Part shown: piece after piece, positions 23,366 to 37,008 of the stretch
How the letters are laid out: every line of letters starts with the position of its first letter
Numbering within the stretch: position 1 is the stretch's first letter
Source of the DNA: Nemertoderma westbladi
Taxonomy: Eukaryota; Animalia; Xenacoelomorpha
Assembly (NCBI GenBank): GCA_032718475.1
Contig: JAUCBJ010001346.1
Span: forward strand, 16,475 to 80,474
Direction of reading: 5' to 3'
DNA: 64,000 nt
The notes under the pieces: generated by a model
Databases searched by the model: none
What the model was told of the DNA's origin: nothing
The model's input: only the letters and a program-made list of their open reading frames with translations
Translations under genes and position numbers: made by a program

Positions 23366-26300
23366 CGCATATTCACTTGATTATCTAAGAAAAATTAAAA
23401 TAATTTTAGAATTTTTACTGAAGTTAAAAAGTCGCATAAAAGTAAAGTAACAAAACGACCCTTTTAATCAGGAGGCCACAAAGATGTGTGTCCTGTGTAA
23501 CTGTTATATTCTTCATCCTATTCAGCTTCCTTTTTAGCGCGGCAGTGGAGATTGTGCTGCCGATTACATTACTTGCGGGACTGCTGTTCCTACTGCTGCG
23601 GACACGAGATCTCCAGGGGTGGCACATGTTGTCAATGTTATGAACACAATGTGGGGCGAGTCAAAACTGCGAGCCATCAGCGAACTGTTATAATTACACT
23701 ATGGCCGTTTTCTAAAAATGTATATATATGTGTGTGTGTGTGTCGGGAGCCATAATTGTCGGAAGCCAAGATATAACTAGCCATAGTATAATTATAATTA
23801 TTCGCTTAGATGGCTTGCAGCTTTTGCTGCACGAAGGCCCCACTGGTGTTTGATATCCATGCATATAGGCCATGAGATCCTGCAATTATGCTGATCACTT
23901 TATTAACAAATCTAAGCTCAACCCTTGCAAGTGTACCACTTAAAGATAGTCGGTGTTCAAACTTGGTGATGGTGGCTAGTCAATAACCTTACTTTGTTGG
24001 TTGCTTAAGGAAGGACAGTAAATACATACAGTATATATTATTGATTTAATCAAATAAATTGATATACAGTATTTAGATTGCACGATAAAACAATTTTAAC
24101 CTAACGATCCGATGAGAAAAAGAATTTAACGTATTGCTTAGCATAGGCACCAAAAATAATTTTATATTGTTAGCATAAATTTGACATTAATTTTTTTTAA
24201 AGGGCTTGTCGTTATTTTCGTGTGCTAACAAAATGTCTAAATTTAGACAATGTTATTCTTGTTGGACATGGTGTTGGTGTACAACACAATATACTGTAAT
24301 TACCAATAATGACAGCGCAACATATGGTGCTATACTGTAGGGAGTAGTTGATAACAGTATCAACCGCAATCAGCCCACATGTCAGCCAAAGTACTTCCTC
24401 TTATTTGTTCACATAGACGCCTGCTTATCCGATACAGTACGTCACTGTCTACAGTAGCTCAACTCATAAAAGGTAATTGAGGCATTGAACGGAGGAAGCG
24501 ATGGCAGTTTTTCAAACATAATTGATCATCTCGGGTTTCTAATATCTAAAGAGTATTTTTGTGATTTTATTGGAAAACATTCTAAATTTATTTGAAATCT
24601 TTATTTTATGGTAGGGTGCCAAGTTTAGTGATGCACCTAACAGTCAGCCACAAACTGTGACTAACACAGTACCTACAGTATATCACAGTATCACAATCAA
24701 GTTTCCCTTGTGAATATCATATCGCCTGCAAGGTTCCATAAAAAAAGTTCAACGCTCCATCCATGACAACACTCAAAAGTTGGTGACAACACTCATCACA
24801 CACAGTCGAATCTTATTAGGCCTACTGGAATTCAGAATTCTGCTATACCAACCTGTGATTACCTCTACCGGTATCTACACTAAGCCTACAGTAGTTTAGT
24901 TTAGTCATTGCCTAATTGAATCATTTACCAGCGATGATAATGAGGAGTGCACATTTCGCGCATTTGACAAACCATTGTAACCCCATTATGCGCGATAGTT
25001 GGCTATTCAAATATTGAATAATGATAATGAAGGTGTTGTACAATAGTTGTTATTTACTGTAGCATCCCTATTATTTTTGCACCTGGAGGCAACCAATGAC
25101 TTATGCGTGGAGGAACAATGTGTCAAGCAGTAGAGACCTAGTAGCCGGAAATTCAGTAATTATTTCCATTAACTTCCATAACATCAGACGGGGGCCTCGT
25201 TACGCGATTTAAATTCCCAGACGGTTCGCATTCGCACTCATCCACACACCCCCAACCCGCACCACCACAATCCAACCTGCAAGTCATACTGGAATCAATA
25301 TAATTTCATGGTGATGACAATGGAGGTTAAGAGCTGCAATTCTTTCTCTACCAAACTAATAAATTGTGGTAAAACATGTAATGATGTGTCGATTATAGCC
25401 GCTTGTATTACAGTACATACAGTACATACATTAATCTCTTGAATCACCTTACCACTTTTATTCGAAGAATAATAACTTACTTTACGTACAGACTGTTCTA
25501 TGTTAAGTATTATACTGTAATTACAGTAGTAAGAGCACTTCGTCTGATAAGGTATTAGGTATTCCTCGCATTGATGTGTGATTTACAATATTCATATTGC
25601 TCATAACTGGGATTGCTTATTTAGTACCCCGGTTGCACTGCCTCCCTCCATGATGGCTACGAATTGATTTAGCCAGGCGACCGACCACATACAACGACTT
25701 TGGCCTTTCAAAATTATGGAGCAGTTGGTTACGAGTTGCATGATAATTCTAACTACTAATTCTAACTACGCATTCGCATTTTACCTATCCTACCAAGCTA
25801 TAAAAACATCGGGGATGGTTTATTACCCTGTAGTTACTTACTGTGTGTACCTACCTGCTGTCTGTAATATGTGTAGGGTTGGATACAGGATTCCTTAGGG
25901 CAACATTGGGAATGGCTAAGTCATACTTCAGCAAATACATTCTAGGAAACAACTGCTTCTCAAAATATAATATTAGGCGTAGATTGTGTCAGTATTATAC
26001 TGTCCCGAGGCCTTCCATGTTACCTAAGATGCTTGCCCCCCCCCCCCCCATATATGGTTATAGTCACGGGTTTATGGTGCAGACAGGGTGTAATTATCGA
26101 TCCGGTATAATATACTGTACGGATATCTTCAACCAATTGAGACGGTTTGAGTTCACGAACCACACCCTATCCCATGGTTGTCATTGTCAATATATCTTGT
26201 TTGATCCCGCAATATTGCGCAGCCAATTTAATAAAGGGAATATTAAATAGTTATTTCCATTCTTTGAGTTGATACAATACACTTATTAACTGACATTTAC

Positions 26301-27689
26301 CCACCAACTTATTGTAATTTACACCAAAGATGGAAATATTTTAATATAATTTTTAATAAAGTCCATGAATATTACTATCACTGCAGATGTTATTAGGTTG
26401 CATCCATGGCAACCAATATATTCGAACGTACGTTATTATTTAGGATTGCCAATAAATATTTCATTAATAATTTATTAATATTGATATAATTTATTGATAT
26501 GTTGAATGCCTTTCTCTTGGGCGTGGTACTAAAACTAATTAACTTATATTGACTTGGGCCTCTGTAAAGGCAACGCGCTTTATTATCAGGCATTTAATAA
26601 TAAAATATATGAGTTTATATCCAATAAGACCTTATTGATTGAAAAGCTTATTGTAATTTAATCTGCCACCAGCGTAAATTATTAGTTTGTGCTTTCCATA
26701 GAAATACTTATTCCAGAATATTATAGTAAAATTCCCCAGTTTTTCAGTTTTTGCTAATATTTAATTTTAGCACTTAATAAATCCAGGAAATGTTAAAGTG
26801 TCAGTGATCTTAATCAATTCAATTGAGTTTTAATTAAATAACTTTTCCCTACAAAGACAATAACATTTAATATATAGATAATCAGAATACAAGTAATTAA
26901 AATATTACGTAATCCAAAAGCAATATATACTATTATAGCATCTAACACTAACAGTAATATATCACATCACAACAGGGTAGCACAGAAACAATATTGAACA
27001 ACATAACTAAACAATTGAACTAAAATGGGTCCTATATTCAATTCGTAATGCGAGTTATTGTTTATGAAATAAATATATTTGTAATGTTAAATTGATTTTC
27101 ATGGTTTTGCCTACGTAAAAGTCTGAATTCTACGGAGTACTTTTAGCATCGCCTTCTTGAAAATACCTCATCATCAGACCAGGATTTCCAACAGAACTTT
27201 AAAATTCAATTTAATTCAAAATTCCGACAATTAAATTATGAAAAAAATAAACACTAAATTAGTATTATAACCTTTTATCGTGACTGTGTCAATTTATTAT
27301 ATTTTATAAAATAGTTCTAGAGGATAGAATAAAATCTGTAATCTCTCGACAATATCTAGAAACTAAGCGCCATAATATCCCGTAATAAAGTCCTAATTCA
27401 TCATCATCATTGGCGTTTAATGTTTTGGTTAGATTTTATCTGTTCAGTATTTTCCCCGATTAGGTCACTTTTTAATTAAATTTATTTAGAGTTTATTAAT
27501 TAAAATATCATGTCGCCTGATCATTTTTTGCTCATATTCGGATATTAATTAATGATAACTATAATTTTGTGTTTGACCACCCAAGGATGACGTAATATTA
27601 AATATACTCAAAGTTTCCGTCAATTAGACTTGTTGAAAAAGAAGTTTCAATACGCCCAACAAATATCGTTTAATATATTATTCTTAGAA

Positions 27690-30600
27690 CGTGTTTCTAC
27701 TATCATTTGTCACTACTAGTGTTTGTTTCTACTATTCGTTGTCTGTTTTTTATATCCAGTACTTGCCTCTCGTATTATTTGCATCTAATATTATTTGCCT
27801 CTACTAGTATTTGTATCTAATTGGTATTTATCTCTAATAGTATTTGCCTCTACTAGTTTTTGTCTCTAATAGTTTTTGTCTCTGCTAGTTTTTTCTCAAC
27901 TAGTTTTTTCTATACTAGTATTTGTCTATGCGAGTATTTGCCTCTACTAGTATTTGCCTCTACAAGTGTTTGTCTCTACTAGTATTTGCCTCTACTAGTT
28001 TTTGTCTCTAATAGTTTTTGTCTCTACTAGTTTTTTCTCAACTAGTTTTTTCTCTACTAGTATTTGTCTATGCGAGTATTTGCCTCTACTAGTATTTGCC
28101 TCTACTAGTGTTTGCCTCTACTAGTATTTGCCTCTACTAGTTTTTGTCTCTAATAGTATTTGTCTCTACCACTTCCGTAACCACCACTTCCCAGAAGTGG
28201 TTTGCTGATGACGCCAATGCTAGCGGTCGTCTAAAACAACTAAGAAAATATTGGGGAGAATTGGTCGAATGGGGACCTAAATACGGGTATTTTCCAAATG
28301 CCTCAAAAACTTGGTTAATAGTAAAACCCGAGTTATTAGAAGAGGCGAGGATGCTGTTTGCAGGAACCAATGTGCAGATATCTGCAGGTGGTCATAGGAT
28401 CCTGGGCGGTGCAGTTGGTAGTGACGATTCCATTCGGCAGTTTGTTCTTGATAAGGTCGAGTCTTTTGTTCGACAGGTGGAGCGATTGAGTCCGATCGCA
28501 GACATTGACCCGCATTGTGCATTTACCTGTCTTTCGTTTGGACTCTCTGCGAAGTGGCGGTTCATTTGTCGGGTAATCCCCAACATCGAGCTGCTATTGG
28601 CACCACTCGACGAGGCAGTCAAGACTTTCCTAATGAAACTGGGGAACAGAGTAAACTTATCTGAAACCGAACAGAAACTAATAGCGCTGCCAACAAGATT
28701 GGGAGGACTAGGCATACCCATTCCATCAGATCTTAGTAAGGAATACGATAACTCAAGAGCCATCAGTGAGCCATTGATGGAGCGACTTCCAACAGATACA
28801 ATGGCCGATGTCAGGGAAAAACAGAAAGAAACATCCAAAGCTATCAAATCGGAGCAAAACATAAGGGTCTCAGAAGAAATACAAAGTATACAGGTCGCAA
28901 TATCCCCAGTTCAGGAACAACTACGAATCTTATCTTCACAGAAGGGGGCATCGGCTTGGCTCAACACCAGACCATCAACCCAGCACAACTATCACCTCAC
29001 AAAGTCAGAGTTCAGGGATGCGATCCAGCTTAGGTTCGGATGGCAGTTGCAGGCGACACCGGCGGAATGTGCCTGTGGGGCGCGGTTCACAGTAAACCAC
29101 GTTTTATCGTGCCCCACAGGTGGTTTTCCGTCGGTCCGTCACAATGAAATCAGAGATTTCATCGCCAACACATTAACCGAGGTTGCCCATGATATCTCAA
29201 TCGAGCCTGTACTCCAACCAATCACTGGGGAAACATTCCATCGCTCTACAACCACAAGGGATGAGGGTGCTCGGTTAGATGTATCTGTCAGTGGTTTCTG
29301 GGGAGGTCGTTATGAGAAACTGTTGATTGATGTTTCTGTATTTAACCCTCTAGCACCATCCAATTCCTCTTTGGGCGTCGATAGAGCTTATACCCATCAC
29401 GAGAACCGAAAGAGGGCCCAATATGAAGAAAGAGTTCGGGATGTAGAAATGTCAACGTTCTGTCCCTTCATTCTAGCGGCTACTGGAGGAATGGGTTGGA
29501 GTGCACGTATCTTCACTAAACGTCTCGCTGATTTGTTAGCAGTGAAGAGAGAGATCAGCTACAATGAAGCAATTCAGTGGCTTCGCCGCAAAATCAGCTT
29601 TGCTTTATTACGTTCAGTAATAATGTGTGTTCGCGGAAGCAGATCGACACTAAGGCGACCCATTCTGCACAATATGGCCGATACCTCAATCTTGGTAGCC
29701 AATGCGGACGCGCGGGTGGTGTAAGATTGGAGGGACCATGCTTTGTTCTGCAGTTTTGTGGTGTTTCTTTTTTTATAAATATAGATGTCTATAATTGCTC
29801 ATTTTGATGATTTAATAAATTTACCGGTAAGATTAATTAATAATAAAAAATTAGTTTATAATTATGTTTGTAATATTAGGCTAATGAATGTGCTTAAATG
29901 TTGTTATTGTGTTTAAAAAAAAAAAAAAAAAAAAAAAACAACATGTATCAATACAGAGTAGGCCTATCTGTAAAAAAAAAAATTTGTCTCTACTAGTATT
30001 TTCCTTTACTAGTTTTTGTCTCTAATAGTTTTTTCTCAACTAGTTTTTTCTCTACTAGTATTTGTCTATGCGAGTATTTGCCTCTACTAGTATTTGCTTC
30101 TACTAGTGTTTGTCTCTACTAGTATTTGTCTCTACTAATTTTTGTCTCTAATAGTTTTTTTTCTCTAATAGTACTTGACTCTATTATAATTTGTCTCTAC
30201 TAGTATTTATCTATACTAGTATTTGTCTCTACTAGTTTTTGTCTCTACTAGTTTTCCTCTACAAGTATTGACTATACTAGTATTTGCCTCTACTAGTTTT
30301 TATCTCTACTAGTTTTGTCTATACTAGATTTGTCTCTACTAGTATTTGTCTACACTAGTATTTGTCTCTACTAGTTTTTCTCTACTAGTTTTCCTCTAAA
30401 AGTATTGACTATACTAGTATTTGCCTCTACTAGTTTTTATCTCTAGTAGTATTTGTCTATACTAGTTTATTTCTCTACTAGTATTTGTCTATACTAATAT
30501 TTGTCTCTACTAGTATCTGTCTCTACTAGTATTTGTCTCTACTAGTATTTGTCTCTACTAGTTTTTGTCTCTACTAGTTTTCCTCTACAAGTATTTGTCT

Positions 30601-32430
30601 CTTCTAGTATTTGTCTCTACTAGTATTTGTCTCTACTAGTATTTGTCTCTACTAGTTTTTGTCTCTACTAGTATTTGCCTCTACTAGATTTTATCTCTAC
30701 TAGTATCTTCATCTACTAGATTTTTTCTCTACTAGTTTTGTCTATACTAGTATTTGTCTATGCGAGTATTTGCCTCCACTAGTATTTGCCTCTACAAGTG
30801 TTTGTCTCTACTAGTATTTGTCTCTACTAGTATTTGTCTCTACTAGTATTTGTCTCTACTAGTATTTGTCTCTGCTAGTATGTGTCTCTACTAGTATTTG
30901 TCTCTACTAGTATTTGTCTCTACTAGTATTTGTCTCTACTAGTATTTGCCTCTATACTAGTTTTTTTCTCTACTAGTATTTGCCTCCACTAGTTTTTGTT
31001 TCTATTAGTTTTTTTATCTACTACTATTTGCCTCCACTAGTTTTTGTTTCTATTAGTTTTTTTCTCTACTAGTATTTGTCTATACTAAGATTTGTCTCTA
31101 CTAGTATTTGTCTCTACTAGTATTTGTCTCTACTAGTATTTGTCTCTACTAGTTTTTGTCTCTACTAGTTTTCCTATACTAGTATTTGTCTCTACTAGTA
31201 TTTGTCTCTACTAGTATTTGTCTCTGCTAGTATTTGTCTCTACTAGTATTTGTCTCTACTAGTATTTGTCTCTACTAGTATTTGTCTCTACTAGTATTTG
31301 CCTCTACTAGTATTTGCCTCTACTAGTTTTTATCTCTACTAGTATCTTCCTCTACTAGATTTTTTCTCTACTAGTTTTGTCTATACTAGTATTTGTCTAT
31401 GCGAGTATTTGCCTCTACTAGTATTTGCCTACAAGTGTTTGTCTCTACTAGTATTTGTATCTACTAGTATTTGTCTCTACTAGTATTTGTCTCTCCTAGT
31501 ATTTGTCTCTGCCAGTATTTGTCTCTACTAGTATTTGTCTCTACTAGTATTTGTCTCTACTAGTATTTGTCTCTACTAGTATTTGCCTCTACTAGTTTTT
31601 TTCTCTACTAGTATTTGCCTCCACTAGTTTTTGTTTCTATTAGTTTTTTTATCTACTAGTATTTGCCTCCACTAGTTTTTGTTTCTATTAGTTTTTTTCT
31701 CTACTAGTATTTGTCTATACTAAGATTTGTCTCTACTAGTATTTGTCTCTGCTAGTATTTGTCTCTACTAGTATTTGTCTCTACTAGTTTTTGTCTCTAC
31801 TAGTTTTCCTCTACTAGTATTTGTCTCTACTAGTATTTGTCTCTACTAGTATTTGTCTCTGCTAGTATTTGTCTCTACTAGTATTTGTCTCTACTAGTAT
31901 TTGTCTCTACTAGTATTTGTCTCTACTAGTATTTTCTCTACTAGTATTTGTCTCTACTAGTATTTGTCTCTACTAGTATTTGCCTCTACTAGTTTTTATC
32001 TCTACTAGTATCTTCCTCTACTAGATTTTTTCTCTACTAGTTTTGTCTATACTAGTATTTGTCTATGCGAGTATTTGCCTCTACTAGTATTTGCCTACAA
32101 GTGTTTGTCTCTACTAGTATTTGTCTCTACTAGTATTTGTCTCTACTAGTATTTGTCTCTACTAGTATTTGTCTCTGCCAGTATTTGTCTCTACTAGTAT
32201 TTGTCTCTACTAGTATTTGTCTCTACTAGTATTTGTCTCTACTAGTATTTGCCTCTACTAGTTTTTTTCTCTACTAGTATTTGCCTCCACTAGTTTTTGT
32301 TTCTATTAGTTTTTTTATCTACTAGTATTTGCCTCCACTAGTTTTTGTTTCTATTAGTTTTTTTCTCTACTAGTATTTGTCTCTTATAATTTATCTCTAA
32401 TAGTTTTTGTCCCAAGTAGTTTTTGGATCT
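27690..32430. repeat. 16-bp minisatellite (CTACTAGTATTTGTCT)n with ~640-690-bp higher-order repeat, interrupted by a CRE element
   Basis: 16-nt periodicity. The rare variant GCGAGTATTTGCC recurs at 30070, 30762, 31401 and 32067. Confidence 0.97.
28170..29982 (+). mobile_element. 5'-truncated CRE-clade non-LTR retrotransposon (RT C-terminus, zinc finger, REL endonuclease; ORF open to 29724) with poly(A)
   Basis: FADD, LPTRLGGLGIP, CACG..HVLSC..GG..RHNEIRD, RLDV...IDVSV, ENRKRAQYEERV motifs. A24 at 29915-29938. Candidate TSD ATTTGTCTCTAC (28158-28169 / 29982-29993). Confidence 0.92.
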
Positions 32431-32706
32431 ACGCGTGACTGGTGCAATATTGATGATCGGCCGCCAATGTTTTTGTAATGTTTATCACTAATTAATGGAA
32501 TAAGCAATTTATTGTTCCCTTGTTGCAAACGTTTGACGGTTAAAAAAAACTAATTATAAGTCAGTTAGCGGAAAATAAGGTTGTTAAACTGAATAGTTTC
32601 AAATTCCATGCAATCTAATTAAGATTCGTAAATAATTTGTTGCGGTTTATCTTTAGGGTCGTGACACTGAATGAAGACATTAATATTCCATGATAAGGTT
32701 TTTAAG

Positions 32707-33001
32707 GGGGGTAAACGTTACGCCTACATTTTACACACGCGTCCAGACGCCCCCAAACTCTTACACACACACCTACACAGTACACACCCCTACTGTATGT
32801 ACCGGCCTGCCGGTAAGCCAATACATCTGACTGTTGATCCTCAAACTACGGATTTCCAATTAAATAATGTTTCCTATCTCTAGTTTATTGTTTTGATTCA
32901 TTTGAACTCGCCTCTGTAACCTGCTTCTTTACTAACCTGCCTACAAGTAGGTGTAATTGTGAGTGTAGGCGTGTGTAAGTGTAGGCGTAGCGTTTACCCC
33001 C
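32707..33001. mobile_element. Mutator-type MITE
   Basis: TIR GGGGGTAAACGTTACGCCTACA / TGTAGGCGTAGCGTTTACCCCC and 9-bp TSD GTTTTTAAG (32698-32706, 33002-33010). Confidence 0.9.
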
Positions 33002-34653
33002 GTTTTTAAGTACAATACCATAAGTAACAGTAAGTCCAATGGATATTGTGTTAAAAATTGACTTTCAAAAGTTATTTACAAGTAACGTACAGAGGTGCTT
33101 CTCATGTAACTGCCAAATTGTAAACGTTTCTATGGTTACGATCTACTCAATATTTACTGTAAGGCGACTACAGAACAGGGTGTGGAGTGTGTTGGAAGCA
33201 CTCTGTGCTCAGACTATAAACAGTACGCTGCAATCGGAAGACTGCAAGGTTGACAGTTCGATAATACTCGCTGAGTGAGAGCGAACTATAACGTGCGTTG
33301 TTGGCTCATTCCGCTTACCTGAATTGCATGAAACATTTACTCTTTCTGATTGGAACCGCATATAAATATCTATTTAATTATAAATGGTCAAATTGAAGAT
33401 TGTAATAATGACGCAGTAATTATTATCTCAAACGGAATGAAAAAATGTAATTTAACTGTATAAAAAATCTATCAAACATTTGTAGTCCATTAATTGGACT
33501 ATAGTAATTAAATTAATGTATTAATTAACTGCTTGCTTATCTTAGATAAAAAAAACATTTAGTAAATGTGTAGATGATACAATAAACTTAGTGAAGGTTT
33601 TTGGTACAATGCAACCTTATAAACAATGAAGCAGTGGCTATTGATTGGTTAGAATTCAGCTTGTTATTGAACTGCTGATGCTGAACCTCTCGTGTTCTGT
33701 CCTGACAAGAATCCTCATCACGTAAAATACATTACCGCCATTTAAACGGGATGACGACGCTAGCGTAACAACCAACTGGCCCGCCGTCTTTCAGCCTCAC
33801 TAACTAAACACCAGATGCATGTTAAGTGCAGAAATACGCACACGCCCACCCAATCCGCACATTATTCGCGTCAGTTTCTTCTAAGTAAGCAGAACGAAAC
33901 CCTTCTGTAATAACTTAAATTTTCCTCGAGCAATTTCCTTCTAACGTTTTAAATTGGTAAATTTAGCAGCTTTTAACCTGATACCGGGTACTTAGGTAGC
34001 ACATCCCAAGGGACCTATTCCATTGGATTCAATGATTGTTTCGCTAACAAGTTGTGTGAGATAAGAAGCCTCGCAACATGCGCGTTTAATCACGAATGGA
34101 CAATGGGTCGAATTATTGGCCGGTGCCCTTGGGATCGGGTATTATTTTTACGGTTTCCTATCTCGATCGTGATGTTCGTTCAAGGTTAACACAATATTTT
34201 TTGTCATTTAACGTGTCGCGCGAGGAAGGATGATGGGCCGGAGGTTAAACTCTCGATTCTATTTAGTTACGCTTTTATTTACAGTTGTGGATGTGTGAAC
34301 TGTTTTCCGGCCTTAATATATATATAGGTTGTCATTGGGAATTTGATTTTATTCCAAATTATTATTTAATTTATTGATAAATTGAAGTTTAATTTAATTT
34401 AATTTAATTGATAAATAAATATAAATATATGAAATAGTCTGAGTGGATGGGAATCTGACGAATATCGCAAATATTTAAAAGAATATAATGTATAAAGAAT
34501 GTTTGCGCTTTTCGTTAGTGCCCTGTCTGCCATTTAGTTTTTCAGGTGGTTGACAAATCTATTATACGAAAAACAAGTTAAGTAAGCGTGTGATGGTATT
34601 AGTCCTAGTATTCCACCAATAAATTTCGGTAAAGAAAAAAAAAAAGGGGGGGG

Positions 34654-34905
34654 GGGGTAAACGTTACGCAGGGACACGCCTACAATCACCCCCACACGCT
34701 TATTCACGCCTATACAGTAGGTGCATGTACCGGCCTGCCGGTAAGCCAATCTGACTGTTGATCCCCAAACTGTTGATTCTCAATCAAATTAAGTTTCCTA
34801 CAGTATCTCTCGTTTATTGTTTTGGTTCCATGCAACCCGTCTCTGTAACCTGTTTCTTTACTAACCTGCCTAAGTAGGTGTAGGTGTAGGCGTATCGTTT
34901 ACCCC
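34654..34905. mobile_element. Second copy of the Mutator-type MITE
   Basis: Same TIRs and internal sequence (gtaccggcctgccggtaagccaat). TSD not clear. Confidence 0.85.
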
Positions 34906-34986
34906 AGTAAAAACTTATCTATCGAGGTTGCATCTCTAGAATTTGTTCATATAACAACAATGATTCATAACAAACACCTAGAAAAC

Positions 34987-36115
34987 TGTAAAAGCTTTTG
35001 CGTACATAACAATTCATTTTCACGCAATGCGCAGAATACTCTAAAATAGCCCTAAAATTGTTCAACTACGCGTCGGAAAGAAATTAGAACCAGGGTGACG
35101 AAATCTGTCAGCTGATTCTTTGTGTACGTGGAGGTTTCTTTGTTCAGACTTATTCAGCCAATCAGAGCAATCTTCCCAGTTATGCCAGTAGAGACCTACC
35201 TGAGGAAACTAGCGCAATGCATTATGGTTATGGTTTTTCTGAGAATTAGATTCCTCTCAGGATTTTGTACTAAGTACGGTCGTTTCAGACTTTGGCCCAA
35301 GAACATCTGATGGCCTTAGTTATAAGAACGTAACTCTATTAACATTTTACCGACTTAACTACTCAATACGACGCATTGCACCAAACTGAACTTCATGAAC
35401 ACATACTGACTGTTCACCGCACCGTTTTACTGCTGTTTTATATTGTGTTAATTGTTGTTTATATTAATGGATGTTATATTTGGAGAATACCGATAAATAA
35501 TCATAAACCCCCTCAATCTTCTTGATTACTGAGGTAAGCGGAGAAAGAGTCTACCGGTAGCAACTGCGACTTAAAATACACTGGTTTTGTGTGAATTAAA
35601 TGCTGTTTCATAATCCCTACGTGTGTCAGTTGCAATCCTCCTTATATATGATCAAATTCAGTGACGGTCGGCAAATTAGTGTGAGTCAGTGTAAATTAGT
35701 GTGAAGTAGTGTGAAGTCGTGTGAAGTCGTGTGAAGGTTAATAAAGCATCTCCTAAAGAATGCGCTATTTACGAAACTCTGTGGCCATCTAGTTGTGATT
35801 ACTATAAGTCATAACTCTGTTTTTATACTTAAAGCGCCACATCCCAAAGGAACTGTTAATATTTCCCCGAAAGTAAATATAGTTGTCAGAGATTATATAG
35901 TAGCGATCAATCGAATAATACAAAGTAGCCTACACCGCAATACTTCCTAAGGAACCCGAATCCAGTCTCCCACACCGTGGGTCATACGCCGCGCACGGAC
36001 TGGCTTCGGCAGATGTAACTTCAGTGCACCAGGTAATTGGTAAGAGCCAAGGTCGATTCATAATCAAAAGGACAATTAAAATTGGCAGGTTATGTTTGTA
36101 GATTCCGAAATCACA
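34987..36115 (+). repeat. BEL 5' LTR (3' boundary approximate)
   Basis: TGTAAAAG start, colinear with solo LTR 9913-11132. CCAAT (~35158) and TTATAA (~35320) are conserved between LTR copies. Confidence 0.8.
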
Positions 36116-37008
36116 TCCCTACTATTTGGGAATCCTGCAATATCCTACTGTAAAGTCTGTGAATCACAAAGCATAAATCCATAAATCCAATCAAGTGCTG
36201 ACTTGCTGACGGACTAAAGGCGCTCGTATACTTTGCCGCGGTGTGATTTATATGGGGCTAGCAAAATGTCTAACTAGCGGGCGAACTGCGGCGTGGACAA
36301 AATTATTTTATATATTTCGAGGTGTAAATAATTCCTAACGCGTGTGTTTTGAATTTTATAATCGAAATTTAGTTTTGTACCCCTTTACATTATATAATTT
36401 ACTGGGTCCGGTGTGCATTTTACAAATATTCTAATTTTGCGGTCTGTAGGTCTAATACTTACAGATGATAAGGCTCCTTCCCCTTTTGTGTATTTCCAGG
36501 ACTCAAATATCAGGCATAAAGTTAGTAACTACGCCCAGAATTCGGCAATTTAAATCTACCAGGTCCCTAATACTAAGAAGAAATGTGTTAGTTTACTACA
36601 GTAGGCGTACGGTTACAATAGCTAGCCTGGTCTCCTATCTAGAATTTTGGTTGCCTAGGTGGGCGCGGCAACTTCTTATCAGAATGTCGGCGTGGACACG
36701 GTAGGTGTTAGTATCCCAAATAGCCCTAATTGTAATGCGCCTAGTACAGTAAACTGCCCAACCACCTGAACGGTACAATCCTGATTCAGGCAAAACACGG
36801 TAACCTTCTCTTGGCCTACAGACTTCAATACAAGCAATGGACACCGTTGTACTACTAAATAAGCCACCAGCACACCTATACCCAGCAAACAAGTTAGGCG
36901 TACAGTTTTGATGTACCATGTACATGCCCCGTAATGGTGTGCCTGTGTCCTATCTGTGTACTTGTATCTATTCTCTCTTTCTCTCTTTTCTCTCCTCCCC
37001 GTAGGAAT

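Noticed and set aside
25840-27500. Possible ancient LINE or other transposon coding remnants (GIP*GNI near 25890)
   Set aside because: Too degenerate to support by eye.
28144-28169. Annotated start of the 526-aa ORF
   Set aside because: It lies in satellite sequence upstream of the 5' truncation point, so it is not a real initiation site.
35122-35310. Identical 62-aa ORFs at 35122 and 57107
   Set aside because: Explained by LTR duplication; they start at a non-ATG codon and carry no recognisable motif.
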